Positions 34,184 through 44,562 of a stretch of DNA of 64,000 nt are shown piece by piece. Where the stretch lies: positions 9,875-73,874 of the forward strand of contig JADLEG010000250.1 of assembly GCA_020846275.1 (NCBI GenBank), written 5' to 3'. The DNA is from Alphaproteobacteria bacterium. Its GTDB lineage: Bacteria; Pseudomonadota; Alphaproteobacteria; JAEULC01. Numbering within the stretch: position 1 is the stretch's first letter; every line of letters starts with the position of its first letter. The position numbers and the translations under genes were made by a program. The notes below the pieces were generated by a model. The model searched no databases. It was not told the DNA's origin and saw only the letters and a program-made list of their open reading frames with translations.

Positions 34184-36868
34184 TTGGCCTCGAGGAATCT
34201 CGCCCTTTATCAGGCTAAGCGCGATTTCACCCGGACGCCCGAGCCAAGCGGCCGCGCGAAGACGGTGCCATCGCACGTCCCGCGCTTCGTGGTCCAGAAG
34301 CATGCCGCCACCCGCCTCCACTACGATTTTCGGCTGGAACTGGATGGGGTTTTCAAGTCCTGGGCGGTGACCCGGGGACCCTCCCTCGACCCGCACGAAA
34401 AGCGCCTGGCCGTGGAGGTCGAAGATCATCCACTCGACTATGGCGATTTCGAAGGCACGATTCCCAAGGGCCAATATGGTGGCGGCACCGTGCAATTGTG
34501 GGATCGCGGCCACTGGACCCCCGTGGGCGACGACTCGGCAGACGCGATGCTCACGAAGGGAAACCTGAAGTTCGTGCTGCAGGGCGAACGTCTGCAGGGC
34601 GGTTTCGTGCTGGTGCGCATGAAAGGCGACAAGTTCGGCGGCAAGCGCACGAACTGGCTGCTGATCAAGCACGCCGACGAATACGCCAAGGAAGGCGATG
34701 GCGATGGAGTCCTGGCCGAGGACCATTCCGTCGCCTCGGGCCGGACGATGACGGAGATCGCGTCGGGCAAGGGCCGTCGTCCCCGCCCCTTCATGCTGAA
34801 AGCGTCGTTCGACGCGGACGCCGTGTGGAACTCGAAGGAGAGCGCCGGTGCCACGCCTGAACGCTCGCGCAAACCCGCCCCCCGCAAACGGTCCCGTGCC
34901 GGCGCGAAGGCAGCGCGCGGCAAGGCGGTCGCGTCGATGCCCGATTTAGTTGAACCTCAGCTCTGCCGGCTGGTCGACCGCCCGCCCTCCGGCGCCGGCT
35001 GGGTCCACGAGGTGAAGTTCGACGGGTATCGCATCCAGGCGCGCGTGCAGGACGCAACGGCCGTGCTGCGAACGCGCAACGGCCTGGACTGGAGCGACCG
35101 GTTCTCCCGCATCAAGACGGCGGCGGAAGCTCTTGCCGATTGCATCGTCGACGGGGAAGTCGTGGCACTCGATCACAACGGTGCGCCCGACTTCGCGGCG
35201 CTGCAGGCGGCATTGTCGAACGGCAAGACCGACGAGCTGATCTATTTCGCGTTCGACCTTCTCTATCGGGAGAAGCAGGACCTGCGCGGCCTGGCGCTGG
35301 AAGAGCGCAAGAGCCGGCTGCGCACGCTGCTCGCGGAATTGCCCCGGCAGAGCGGCCCGATCATCCGCTACGTCGAGCATTTCGAGAGCGCCGGCGACGC
35401 CGTGCTCCAATCGGCCTGCCGCATGTCGCTCGAGGGCATTGTTTCGAAGCAGGGCGATGCGCCCTATCGGTCGGGGCGCGGAAATGCGTGGACCAAGTCC
35501 AAGTGCCGCGCCGGCCATGAGGTGGTGATCGGCGGGTGGACCGAAACCAACGGCAGCTTCCGTTCGCTGCTGGCAGGCGTGCACCGCGACGGCCGCCTGA
35601 TCTATGTCGGCCGCGTCGGAACAGGCTTCGGACGGGCCGTCGCTTCGCGCGTGAGAGCGAAGCTGCGGCCCTTCGAGAGCGAGCAGAGCCCGTTCAGCGG
35701 GCTTAACGCCCCCAAGCGGGAGCGCGAGGTCCATTGGGTGGAACCGCGGCTGGTCGCGGAAATCGAATTCGCCGGCTGGTCCCGCGACGGCATGGTGCGC
35801 CAGGCCGCCTTCAAGGGGCTGCGCGAGGACAAGCCGGCCGCGGAGGTGGAGGCCGAAAAACCCGCCAAGGCAAAGACCGCGACGCTGGGCCGGCCCGGCC
35901 CGAAGCGCGCCGCGCCGGCCCCGAACGTGAAGCCGCGCAACGGCAGCGAGTCGGACAGCGTGGTGATGGGCGTGGCGATATCGAACCCTTCGAAGCCGAT
36001 CTGGCCCGACGCGAACGACGGAAAGCCGGTCACCAAGCTCGACCTTGCCCACTACTACGAGGCGGTCGGGCCCTGGATGATCGAGCACCTGCGCGGACGT
36101 CCCTGCTCGATCATCCGCGCGCCGAACGGCCTGGGCGGCGAGCGGTTCTTCCAGCGCCACGCCATGCGGGGCACGTCGAGCCTCATCGACCTCGTCACCG
36201 TGTCAGGCGATCGCAAACCCTATCTCCAGATCGACCGCGTCGAAGCGCTGGCGGCGGCTGCCCAGGTTGCGGCAGCGGAACTGCACCCGTGGAATTGCCA
36301 GCCCGATCAGCCAGACATGCCGGGACGCTTTGTCTTCGATCTGGACCCGGCGCCCGACGTTGCCTTCGACCGCGTTGTCGAAGCCGCCCTGGAGCTAAAG
36401 TCGCGGTTAGAGGCCTTGGGCCTGGTGCCGTTCTGCAAGACGACAGGCGGCAAGGGCCTGCACGTGGTGACGCCCCTGACCGTCGCGAAGAAGGACAGGA
36501 TCGGCTGGCCCGAGGCCAAGGCCATCGCCCGCGCGATCTGTGCCCAGATGGCCGAGGACAGCCCCCACAAATTCCTGGTCACGATGACGAAGAAGGAGCG
36601 CGTGGGGCGCATCTTCCTCGACTACCTGCGCAACGATCGCATGGCCACCGCCGTGGCGCCCTTGTCGCCGCGCCTGCGCGACGGCGCACCGGTCTCCATG
36701 CCGTTGACATGGCCCCAAGTCAAGAAGGGGCTTGACCCGATGCGATTTACGCTGCGCACCGTGCCCGGCCTGCTCGCGAAGGGCACCGCCTGGAAAGACT
36801 ACGTCGATTCTGAACGGCCGCTCCTCGTCGCCTTCAAGCGGCTATCCGCCCGGCAGAAAGCCGCCTGA
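34184..36868 (+). CDS. ligD: DNA ligase D (phosphoesterase-ligase-polymerase)
   Basis: [60 protein letters not shown]. Confidence 0.97.
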   Translation: MASRNLALYQAKRDFTRTPEPSGRAKTVPSHVPRFVVQKHAATRLHYDFRLELDGVFKSWAVTRGPSLDPHEKRLAVEVEDHPLDYGDFEGTIPKGQYGGGTVQLWDRGHWTPVGDDSADAMLTKGNLKFVLQGERLQGGFVLVRMKGDKFGGKRTNWLLIKHADEYAKEGDGDGVLAEDHSVASGRTMTEIASGKGRRPRPFMLKASFDADAVWNSKESAGATPERSRKPAPRKRSRAGAKAARGKAVASMPDLVEPQLCRLVDRPPSGAGWVHEVKFDGYRIQARVQDATAVLRTRNGLDWSDRFSRIKTAAEALADCIVDGEVVALDHNGAPDFAALQAALSNGKTDELIYFAFDLLYREKQDLRGLALEERKSRLRTLLAELPRQSGPIIRYVEHFESAGDAVLQSACRMSLEGIVSKQGDAPYRSGRGNAWTKSKCRAGHEVVIGGWTETNGSFRSLLAGVHRDGRLIYVGRVGTGFGRAVASRVRAKLRPFESEQSPFSGLNAPKREREVHWVEPRLVAEIEFAGWSRDGMVRQAAFKGLREDKPAAEVEAEKPAKAKTATLGRPGPKRAAPAPNVKPRNGSESDSVVMGVAISNPSKPIWPDANDGKPVTKLDLAHYYEAVGPWMIEHLRGRPCSIIRAPNGLGGERFFQRHAMRGTSSLIDLVTVSGDRKPYLQIDRVEALAAAAQVAAAELHPWNCQPDQPDMPGRFVFDLDPAPDVAFDRVVEAALELKSRLEALGLVPFCKTTGGKGLHVVTPLTVAKKDRIGWPEAKAIARAICAQMAEDSPHKFLVTMTKKERVGRIFLDYLRNDRMATAVAPLSPRLRDGAPVSMPLTWPQVKKGLDPMRFTLRTVPGLLAKGTAWKDYVDSERPLLVAFKRLSARQKAA

Positions 36869-36882
36869 ACCCTGGAAGACAG

Positions 36883-36968
36883 AAAAATAGCCGCGGCGGC
36901 TTGACGCGGAAAGGATAGGAGGCCGGTCCCGGGCTGACGGGCGCCGGCTTCTCGTGCACGTTCCTGAT
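36883..36968 (-). ncRNA. Second candidate sRNA with CCUCCU anti-SD tract
   Basis: GGAAC-N17-CGTG at 36975-37000, hairpin 36922-36948, CCUCCUAUCCUUUCC, short terminator AGCCG/CGGCU + UUUUU. Confidence 0.35.
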
Positions 36969-37031
36969 GGCGGTCACGGACGAATCTTTCCCTCGGTTCC
37001 CGGGCGGTCGATCATGCCGGCCATCGCATCG

Positions 37032-38018
37032 TCACGCTGAGGCAACCCGCTCGAACTTCTGCAACACGCGCAGGCGGGCAGGCTTGGGTTGGTTTGGAAA
37101 CAGCGACGGCCAGGCCGTGTAAGCGACCTCGGCAACGTAGAGATCGCCCCGCGAGTCGACCGTCATGCCGTGCGGCGAGATGAACTGCCCCGGCTTGGTG
37201 CCGTGCGCCGGCTCGGTCGTGATGCGCGCCAGCAGCTTGCCGTCGTTCGACAGGATGCTGACGCGCGGCCCCAGGTTCGGCGCGCCCCGGCTGAATTCGT
37301 AGTAGGGCCCGATCTCGCCGACATAGCAGATCGGGCATTTCCCGGCCGGCATGAACATGCCGCTCGGGCGGTGCAGGTCGTGCCATTGGGTTTCGAACCG
37401 GCCATTGCCGTCGAAGACCTGGATGCGATGGTTTTCGCGATCCGCGACATAGACCCAGCCGTCGGCGTCGCAGGAGATCGCGTGCGGCAGGTTGAACTGG
37501 CCGGGGCCCGATCCGGGCTCGCCCCAGGCCAGCAGCGGCTTGCCGTCGGGCGAGTACTTGTGGATGCGCGCATTGCCGTAGCCGTCGGAAACGTAGATGT
37601 CGCCGCGAGGCGACAGCGCGGTGTGCGTGCAGCGCCGGAACGGCAGGCCGCTCATGAAGGGCGCCGGCTTGCCGGGCTCGCCGATCGTCAGCAGGACCTT
37701 GCCGTCGCAGGTGCACTTGCGCACCGTGTGGTCGAAATCGTCGGTCAGATAGATCGATTCGTCCGGCGCCATGTGCAGCCCATGGGCATGCTTGAAGATG
37801 CCGTGGCCCCAGGATCGCAGATAGCTGCCGTCCCGATTGAAGACCATGACCGCCGGGTCGCCGCGGTAGAACGCGTAGACTTGGTCCTTGCTGTCCACGC
37901 CGACCGCCGCGACGTCGGCAGGCTTCCAGTCGTCGGGCCACTGCGCCCACCCTTCCACCAGCCGATAGGTGTACTCGCCGCTGCCGAAGGTGGTGGGGGA
38001 ACCCGTTCCGTCTTTCAC
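37032..38018 (-). CDS. NHL-repeat beta-propeller protein (peptidyl-alpha-hydroxyglycine lyase-like)
   Basis: VGVDSKDQVY, AHGLHMAPD, YVSDGYGNARIHKYSPDG, GSGPGQFNLPH, YVADRENHRIQVFD; GTG start with GGAG. Confidence 0.88.
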   Translation of the reverse strand: MKDGTGSPTTFGSGEYTYRLVEGWAQWPDDWKPADVAAVGVDSKDQVYAFYRGDPAVMVFNRDGSYLRSWGHGIFKHAHGLHMAPDESIYLTDDFDHTVRKCTCDGKVLLTIGEPGKPAPFMSGLPFRRCTHTALSPRGDIYVSDGYGNARIHKYSPDGKPLLAWGEPGSGPGQFNLPHAISCDADGWVYVADRENHRIQVFDGNGRFETQWHDLHRPSGMFMPAGKCPICYVGEIGPYYEFSRGAPNLGPRVSILSNDGKLLARITTEPAHGTKPGQFISPHGMTVDSRGDLYVAEVAYTAWPSLFPNQPKPARLRVLQKFERVASA

Positions 38019-38242
38019 GCCGATACTCCGTTCGTCCTGGCGATTTGGCCCCTGGATCTTGCTCCGCCGGCAAACACGACGCAACCAGCGGCACGAATTT
38101 CAGAGCCCTCGCCGAATTCGAAGTCGATGAGATCGGCACCGCGACCGCCGGCGCCGATCCCGCAAACGCCCGTCAGCATGGATTTGACGAGGTCGCGAAT
38201 GCCGGGCTCGTCATCGACAACCAGGATGGATCCCATCGCCAT
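38015..38242 (-). pseudogene. Truncated response regulator remnant
   Basis: MGSILVVDDEPGIRDLVKSML then similarity is lost; no phospho-Asp, Thr or Lys motifs. Confidence 0.5.
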
Positions 38243-38470
38243 ACTCCTGCTGCAAAGATGACGTCCTCCGAAAGATGCTGGGGAGCGACGCTATGGGCCA
38301 TCGAACGCGATGATGCGGCGAATCATGCGCCGCCCTCTTCTAATGAGCGCTCAAAGATTTAGTGCACGGATTGGTAGATGCACCTACTTGCAGGCACTAC
38401 GCCCGGCTTGACATTTCCACTCCGCTGGTAAGGACTTGGACGCAAGAAAAATTGCGGTGCGCTACCGCTC

Positions 38471-39208
38471 ATGGGCATCATTGGGGTCAGGGAACTGAAC
38501 GGGAACGGCCTTGCGCGGCATCTGACCGCATCGTCGCCGCCATCGATCCATGGCGGACGCTATCCGCGCATTTTGGAGGCGCTCGGCGCGGAAGACCGAC
38601 AGCACCTGCTCTCCATGGCGGCCCAGAGGCTGGTGCGGAAGGGGCAGTACCTCTATCACCAGGGTGACGAGTCCGATGCCCTGTTCATCGTGGTATCGGG
38701 CCGGGTGAAGGTCATCTACATCAATGAGCAGGGCAGCGCGCTGACCGCGCTCTATTACCGCGAAGGCATGGTGGTGGGCGCCCATGGCTGCACCGAATGG
38801 TCCGGCCGGCATTCCTGGAGCGCCGAAACCTTGGTCGATTGCCGCGTGCTTCGGATTCGCCGCACGGACTTCATCGATTTCGTGCAGCGATCGCCGCAGG
38901 CGCTTCTTTGCGTTCTGGCGATTACCGAGTTCAAGAACGAGCAGCTGAAAAAGGTCATCCGCGTCCTGGCGCAGCCGATGCTCGAGGGAAGGATCCTCAT
39001 GGCGGTACGCCATTTTGGCGCTCTCTACGGCTTCGATCACGGCGACGAGATCGAGATCGACGAGCACATCACCCACCAGGAGATCGCCGACATGGTGGGC
39101 GCCTCGCGCCAGAGCGTGACAACCCTGGTTGCGACGCTGGAGCGCTCCGGCGAAATCCGACGGGTCGGACGCCGCCTGTTCGTGCCGGCTCCCGACGCCA
39201 AGGCCTGA
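38471..39208 (+). CDS. Crp/Fnr family transcriptional regulator
   Basis: LYHQGDESDALFIVVSGRVKV; HTH ITHQEIADMVGASRQSVT. Confidence 0.93.
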   Translation: MGIIGVRELNGNGLARHLTASSPPSIHGGRYPRILEALGAEDRQHLLSMAAQRLVRKGQYLYHQGDESDALFIVVSGRVKVIYINEQGSALTALYYREGMVVGAHGCTEWSGRHSWSAETLVDCRVLRIRRTDFIDFVQRSPQALLCVLAITEFKNEQLKKVIRVLAQPMLEGRILMAVRHFGALYGFDHGDEIEIDEHITHQEIADMVGASRQSVTTLVATLERSGEIRRVGRRLFVPAPDAKA

Positions 39209-39399
39209 CTCCCCGGCGTTCATGGTCGGTCCGACGATACCGGGTTGGGGCCGACTTGTCAGATAGGCGACAGACTGGCCCGGCCTGCCGGTAGTCAATA
39301 AGCTGGGCGAGAGCGGGACCAGCCGGGCACGCCCCGGGGGCGGAACGCCGCGCCAGGCCTCAAGAACGTCCGGACACCCGCCGGAAACAGGAGGAAACC

Positions 39400-40380
39400 T
39401 TGAGAAAAGCCGGTATCACGCGGATCGCGCTGGCGGTCCTGTCGGCCATCGCGTTGCCATTGGTCGCCCTGCCCGGCCAGGCGGCTGCCCAGGCGTATCC
39501 GACGAAGCCGATCCGCTGGATCATTCCCTACAATCCCGGCGGCGGCACGGATTCCTCGGCCCGCATCCTCCAGATCGCGATCGAGCAGAACAAGCTGCTG
39601 CCGCAACCCATCGCCGCGGTGAATGTCGGCGGCGCCGGCGGGTCGATCGGCGCGCGGCAGGTCAAGGACGCGCCGCCGGACGGCTACACGATCCTGATCC
39701 ACCAGTCGGCGATTCTGATCCAGGAAGCCGCCGGGATCAGCGATTTCGGCTACCGCAACTTCGAGCCCATCGTGTCGATCAACGTGCAGTGCATGGTCGC
39801 GGGCGTGCTGGAGGGCGGTCCGATCAACAGCTATCGGCAGTTGATGGATGAGGCGAAGGCCAAGCCGAAATCCCTCGTCTGGGGCGGCAATATCGGCAGC
39901 GCCAACCACATGGCGATCGCCGCCATGGAAAAAGGCACGCCTGGCGCCGAGTTCAAGAAGGTGCAGATCGGCGGCGCGGCCGAGAGCTACGCCGGCATCA
40001 AGGGCAAGGTGATCCAGGTCGGGAATTTCGGCGTCGGCGAGATCGTCGCCTATCGCGGCGGCGGGCTGAAGCCGCTCGCCGTCCTGTCGGAGACGCGCGA
40101 TCCGGCGATTGCCGACGTGCCGACGGCCAAGGAGCTCGGCTACGACGCGGTGTTCTGCAACGAGCACAACCTCTATGCCCCCAAGGGCACGCCGCCCGAC
40201 CGCCTCGCCGTGCTGGTCAACGCGTTCAGCAAGGCGCTGGGCCTGGAGTCGGTCAAGACCGAGTATGCCGAGAAACTCGGGGCCAAGATCAACCTGCGGA
40301 CCGGCCCGGCGCTCACCGAACACATCGCCGCCGAGTTCGAGCGGTTCAAGCCGATGACCAAGGACATGAAGCCGAACTGA
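39400..40380 (+). CDS. tctC: Tripartite tricarboxylate transporter substrate-binding protein (TctC/Bug)
   Basis: YPTKPIRWIIPYNPGGGTDSSAR, NVGGAGGSIG, PPDGYTIL, VPTAKELG. Confidence 0.92.
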   Translation: MRKAGITRIALAVLSAIALPLVALPGQAAAQAYPTKPIRWIIPYNPGGGTDSSARILQIAIEQNKLLPQPIAAVNVGGAGGSIGARQVKDAPPDGYTILIHQSAILIQEAAGISDFGYRNFEPIVSINVQCMVAGVLEGGPINSYRQLMDEAKAKPKSLVWGGNIGSANHMAIAAMEKGTPGAEFKKVQIGGAAESYAGIKGKVIQVGNFGVGEIVAYRGGGLKPLAVLSETRDPAIADVPTAKELGYDAVFCNEHNLYAPKGTPPDRLAVLVNAFSKALGLESVKTEYAEKLGAKINLRTGPALTEHIAAEFERFKPMTKDMKPN

Positions 40381-40420
40381 CGGCGGGCGTCAAGACAACC
40401 GCGGACTCCGGGCCCGCACG

Positions 40421-40885
40421 ATGAACAGAAAACTTCTCGACGTCGGTGTCAGCCTGGCCGTCATTGCGGCGGCCGGGCTGATTTTCTGGGATTCGCTGCG
40501 CTATCGCCCCGGCACCTATGACCCGCTCGGTTCCGGCACCATGCCGCGCATGGTGGCGGTGGCGGTGATCGCCCTGTGCCTCGTTGCGATCGCGCAAACG
40601 CTTCTTGGCAGCCCCGCCAAACGCGGACTGGCCGAGGAAGTCGAGGATTTCGAGCGCCGGCCGTGGCTCGCCGTGGCGATCTTCGGCTACCTGGTCGCGG
40701 CGGCGATCCTGGTCTACCTGGCGATCCCGTTCGGCATCGTGGGCTCGCTGCTGCTCTTCGCTTCGACGCTGTCGATCAAGAAGGGCGAACGGGCGATCGT
40801 CCTGCCGGCGGCGGCCTGCTCAGTCGCGTTCGGCTTCGGGCTCAGCTACCTGTTCGGCTCCGTCTTCGGCGTCGATCTGCCCTGA
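40421..40885 (+). CDS. tctB: Tripartite tricarboxylate transporter small subunit
   Basis: Four TMs, DPLGSGTMPR, between tctC and tctA. Confidence 0.85.
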   Translation: MNRKLLDVGVSLAVIAAAGLIFWDSLRYRPGTYDPLGSGTMPRMVAVAVIALCLVAIAQTLLGSPAKRGLAEEVEDFERRPWLAVAIFGYLVAAAILVYLAIPFGIVGSLLLFASTLSIKKGERAIVLPAAACSVAFGFGLSYLFGSVFGVDLP

Positions 40886-40887
40886 CC

Positions 40888-42393
40888 ATGCAAGGAATGC
40901 TCGACGCCTCGCTGGCGGTCCTCCTCCCCAACACGATCTTCTTCCTGGTCGGCGGGACGGTGCTGGGCGTGATTCTCGGGGCGATCCCCGGCGTCACGGG
41001 CGCCATGGGCATCGCGCTCATGCTGCCGCTCAGCTTCTACATGACCGTCAACAACGCGCTGACCATGATGGTGTCGATGTATGTCGGCGCCATCGCGGGC
41101 GGGTTGGTCACCGCGATCCTGCTGCGCATTCCGGGCGAACCGTCCTCGATCGTCACGACGTTCGACGGCAACCCGATGGCGCGCAAGGGCCAGCCCGGCC
41201 GCGCGCTCGGCTATGCCGTGGGCGCCGCCCTGTTCGGCGGCCTCGTGTCCTGGGCGGCGCTGGTCACGCTGACCTACCCGCTGTCCGAGATCGCGGCGCA
41301 GCTTCGGCCGTTCGACATCCTGTCGCTGGTTCTGATGGCGCTCGTCCTGATCGCAGCGCTTGGGCAGGGGTCGGTGATAAAGGGGCTGGTCGCGGGATTG
41401 CTCGGAATCCTGGTGTCGATGCCCGGCACCGACCCGTCCACCGGCGCGCTGCGACTGACCTTCGGCTTCCACGATCTCGATGCCGGTTTCTCGACGCTCG
41501 CCGTGCTGATCGGCGCCTACGCCGTGGCGCAGGTCCTGTCCGACATCATCGATGTCGAGCGCAAGATGGAGATGGTCGAAGCGACCGCCGGTCGGATGTG
41601 GATTCCGCTCAAGGAGTGGAAAGCGCAGAGCTGGAACCTGATCCGCTCCTCGCTGATCGGCACCTGGGTCGGCATCATGCCGGGCATCGGCGCGACGGTC
41701 GGCTCGCTGGTCTCGTACTCGGTCGCCAAGACGATGTCGAAAACGCCGGAGAAATTCGGCACCGGCCACGCCGAGGGCATCGTCGCATCGGAATGCGGCA
41801 ACAACGCGACCGTGGGCGGCGCGCTGATCCCGATGATCGCCATGGGCATTCCGGGCAGCGTCACCGACGTGTTCCTGCTGGCCGCGCTGATCATCCACGG
41901 CCTGCAACCCGGCCCGATGCTGTTCACCAACCATCCCGAGGTCGTCTACATCATCTTCGCCGCCTGCCTGATCTCGCATTTCGTCCTGTTCCTCATCATG
42001 ACCGCGGGCATCCGCTACCTTGCCAAGCTCACGACCGTGCCGACCTGGTACCTGTTCCCGATCATCCTGCTGTTCTGCGTGATCGGCGCGTTCGCCGAGA
42101 ACAACCGCGTATTCGACGTGTTCGTGATGCTCGGATTCGCCGTCGCCGGCTTCGCGATGGAGAAGACCGGCTTCTCGCTGGGCGGCTTTGTCATCGGGTT
42201 CATCCTTGGCCCCATCACCGAGAAGAGCCTTCGCGCCGGCCTGACGCTGTCGGACGGCTCCTACCTCGACATCTTCATGCATCCGGTCTCCGCCATCTGC
42301 GTCGTGCTGGCCGCGATCATGTTCGTCTGGTCGTTGCGCTCGCAGCACCGACTCAACAGGCGGATCGAGCAGACCGTGTACGAGACGGATTGA
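40888..42393 (+). CDS. tctA: Tripartite tricarboxylate transporter large subunit
   Basis: GAIPGVTG, ILLRIPGEPSSIVTTFDG, ASECGNNA, GIPGS. Confidence 0.95.
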   Translation: MQGMLDASLAVLLPNTIFFLVGGTVLGVILGAIPGVTGAMGIALMLPLSFYMTVNNALTMMVSMYVGAIAGGLVTAILLRIPGEPSSIVTTFDGNPMARKGQPGRALGYAVGAALFGGLVSWAALVTLTYPLSEIAAQLRPFDILSLVLMALVLIAALGQGSVIKGLVAGLLGILVSMPGTDPSTGALRLTFGFHDLDAGFSTLAVLIGAYAVAQVLSDIIDVERKMEMVEATAGRMWIPLKEWKAQSWNLIRSSLIGTWVGIMPGIGATVGSLVSYSVAKTMSKTPEKFGTGHAEGIVASECGNNATVGGALIPMIAMGIPGSVTDVFLLAALIIHGLQPGPMLFTNHPEVVYIIFAACLISHFVLFLIMTAGIRYLAKLTTVPTWYLFPIILLFCVIGAFAENNRVFDVFVMLGFAVAGFAMEKTGFSLGGFVIGFILGPITEKSLRAGLTLSDGSYLDIFMHPVSAICVVLAAIMFVWSLRSQHRLNRRIEQTVYETD

Positions 42394-42396
42394 CCG

Positions 42397-43557
42397 ATGG
42401 GTGCGCTTGACCGCTGTTTCGACGTGAAGGATTTCCGCGAGGCGGCGCGGCGCCGTCTGCCGCGCGGCGTGTTCGAGTTCATGGACCGCGGCGCCGAACG
42501 CGAACTGGCGCTGGCCGAGAACATTGCCGCCTTTGAGCGACTCAAGCTGAAGTCCCGCTTCATGGTCGACCTCAGCGATCGCGACATGGGCACCGAGCTG
42601 TTCGGCAAGCGCATCCCCGTACCGCTTGCGATCGCGCCCACCGGCATCGCCGGCTTGTGCTGGCACCAGGGCGAGCTGGCGCTGGCCCGCGCCGCCGCCG
42701 CCGCGGGCGTCCCGTTCACCCTGGCGTCGGCGTCCATCACCTCGATGGAGACGATCGCGCGCGAGGCGAGCGGCCGGCGTTGGTTCCAGTTCTACATCTG
42801 GCAGGAGGAGGAACTGGCCTTCCAGATGGTCGAGCGGGCGCGCGACCTGGGCTTCGAGGTCCTGTTCGTGACGATCGATACCGCGCTCGGCCGTACGCGC
42901 GAGTACAACGACCGGAACGGCTTTACCGATCCGATCTCGCTCAACGCCCGCTTCATCGCGGACATGATGCTGCACCCGCGCTGGGTGGCGGGCGTGATGG
43001 GCCGCTACCTGCTCACGACCGGCATGCCGCGCCATGAGAACTACCCGCCGCAGTATCAGCAGCGCATCACGCGCGGCAGCGCCGTCGCGCCGGCGAACAG
43101 CGTCAGGCTGAGCTGGGACCATGTGCGCCGGCTGCGCCGGATCTGGCCGGGGCCCCTGGTGGTCAAGAGCATCCTCAACGCCGACGACGCGCGCCAGGCG
43201 GTGGATTGCGGCGCCGACGGGGTCGTCGTCTCCAACCACGGCGGCAGGGCGCTGGACAGCGCGCCGGCGACGATCGACGTGCTGCCCGAGGTAGTGGCGG
43301 CCGTGGGCGACCGGACCACCGTCCTGCTCGACAGCGGCGTGCGCCATGGCAGCGACATCGTGAAGGCGCTGGCGCTGGGCGCCAAGGCGGTATTGATCGG
43401 CCGCGCCACGCTCTACGGCATCGCCGCGGCGGGACAGGCCGGCGCCGCCAAGGTGCTCGGCCTGCTGGCCACCCAGTTCGAGAAGAACATGGGCTATGTC
43501 GGTTGCCGGCGCGTGTCCGAGCTCGGGCCGCATGTCCTGTTTCGACGCCAGAACTAG
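42397..43557 (+). CDS. FMN-dependent alpha-hydroxy acid dehydrogenase/oxidase (LldD/MdlB family)
   Basis: IAPTG, WFQFY, VTIDT, VVKSIL, SNHGGR, DSGVRHGSD. Confidence 0.95.
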   Translation: MGALDRCFDVKDFREAARRRLPRGVFEFMDRGAERELALAENIAAFERLKLKSRFMVDLSDRDMGTELFGKRIPVPLAIAPTGIAGLCWHQGELALARAAAAAGVPFTLASASITSMETIAREASGRRWFQFYIWQEEELAFQMVERARDLGFEVLFVTIDTALGRTREYNDRNGFTDPISLNARFIADMMLHPRWVAGVMGRYLLTTGMPRHENYPPQYQQRITRGSAVAPANSVRLSWDHVRRLRRIWPGPLVVKSILNADDARQAVDCGADGVVVSNHGGRALDSAPATIDVLPEVVAAVGDRTTVLLDSGVRHGSDIVKALALGAKAVLIGRATLYGIAAAGQAGAAKVLGLLATQFEKNMGYVGCRRVSELGPHVLFRRQN

Positions 43558-43560
43558 CCG

Positions 43561-44562
43561 ATGAACCGCGTCCGGGTCGCCTGTGTCGGCTTTGTCTTCG
43601 ACTCCGCGGCCGAGGCCGTGATCCGGCAGGTCGCGCCGAAGATCTTCGACCTGACGTTCGCCGAACAGCCGGAACGCCTGACGGCCGAGGCACTCGCCGC
43701 GAGCGACATGCTGCTGACCGTGGCGCCGTTGACCGACGCGATGATGCACGCGGCTCCGCGGCTGCGGCTGATCCAGAAATGGGGCAGCGGATACGAGAAG
43801 ATAGACGTCGCCGCCGCCGGCCGCCACGGCATTGCCGTCGCCATCACCAGCGGCGCCAACGCCGATACCGTGGCGGAGCATGCGGTCGCGCTGATGCTGG
43901 CCGTGATGCGGCGCGTGACCCTTGCCGATCGGGCGGTACGCGAGGGGCGATGGATTCCGGCCGAATTGCGGCCGATCTCGCGAAAGCTCTTCGGCAAGAC
44001 CGTCGGCATCGTCGGGTTCGGCAATATCGGCCAGGCGCTGGCGCGGCAGCTCCGCGGCTTCTCCACCTCCAACCTCTATTTCAAGCGCGGCGGCCGGCTT
44101 GCCAACGAAGCCACGCTGAACGCCACGTTCGTCGACTTGCCCGAATTGCTGGCCCGCAGCGATGTCGTTTCGCTGCATTGTCCGGGCGGAGCCGAGAATC
44201 GCCGGATGATCGGCCGCGCGGAGCTCGCGCAGATGAAGCCGGGCGCCTATCTGATCAACACGGCGCGCGGCGAGTTGGTCGTCGAGGAGGAGTTGATCGA
44301 GGCGCTGCAGCACGGGCGTCTCGGCGGCGCGGGACTCGATGTCTATGCGGTGGAGCCATTGCCGCCCGGCTCGCCCCTGCGGGGCCTCGACAACGTCGTG
44401 CTGACGCCCCATTCCGCGGGAAGCCACATGGACGACATAGCGCTCATGGCCAACCATGCCTTCGAGAACATGCTCGCGTTCCTCGAGGGCAAGCCGATCC
44501 GGGCCGCCGACGTGATCGTCGCGCCGGAGCGGCCGCGCGCAGCGATCGAGGTGCGACCGTGA
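43561..44562 (+). CDS. D-isomer-specific 2-hydroxyacid dehydrogenase
   Basis: VAEHA, VGFGNIG, INTARG, LDVYAVEP, TPHSAG. Confidence 0.93.
   Translation: MNRVRVACVGFVFDSAAEAVIRQVAPKIFDLTFAEQPERLTAEALAASDMLLTVAPLTDAMMHAAPRLRLIQKWGSGYEKIDVAAAGRHGIAVAITSGANADTVAEHAVALMLAVMRRVTLADRAVREGRWIPAELRPISRKLFGKTVGIVGFGNIGQALARQLRGFSTSNLYFKRGGRLANEATLNATFVDLPELLARSDVVSLHCPGGAENRRMIGRAELAQMKPGAYLINTARGELVVEEELIEALQHGRLGGAGLDVYAVEPLPPGSPLRGLDNVVLTPHSAGSHMDDIALMANHAFENMLAFLEGKPIRAADVIVAPERPRAAIEVRP

Noticed and set aside
38408-38436. TTGACA as the sigma70 promoter of the Crp/Fnr gene
   Set aside because: No convincing -10 at 16-18 nt spacing
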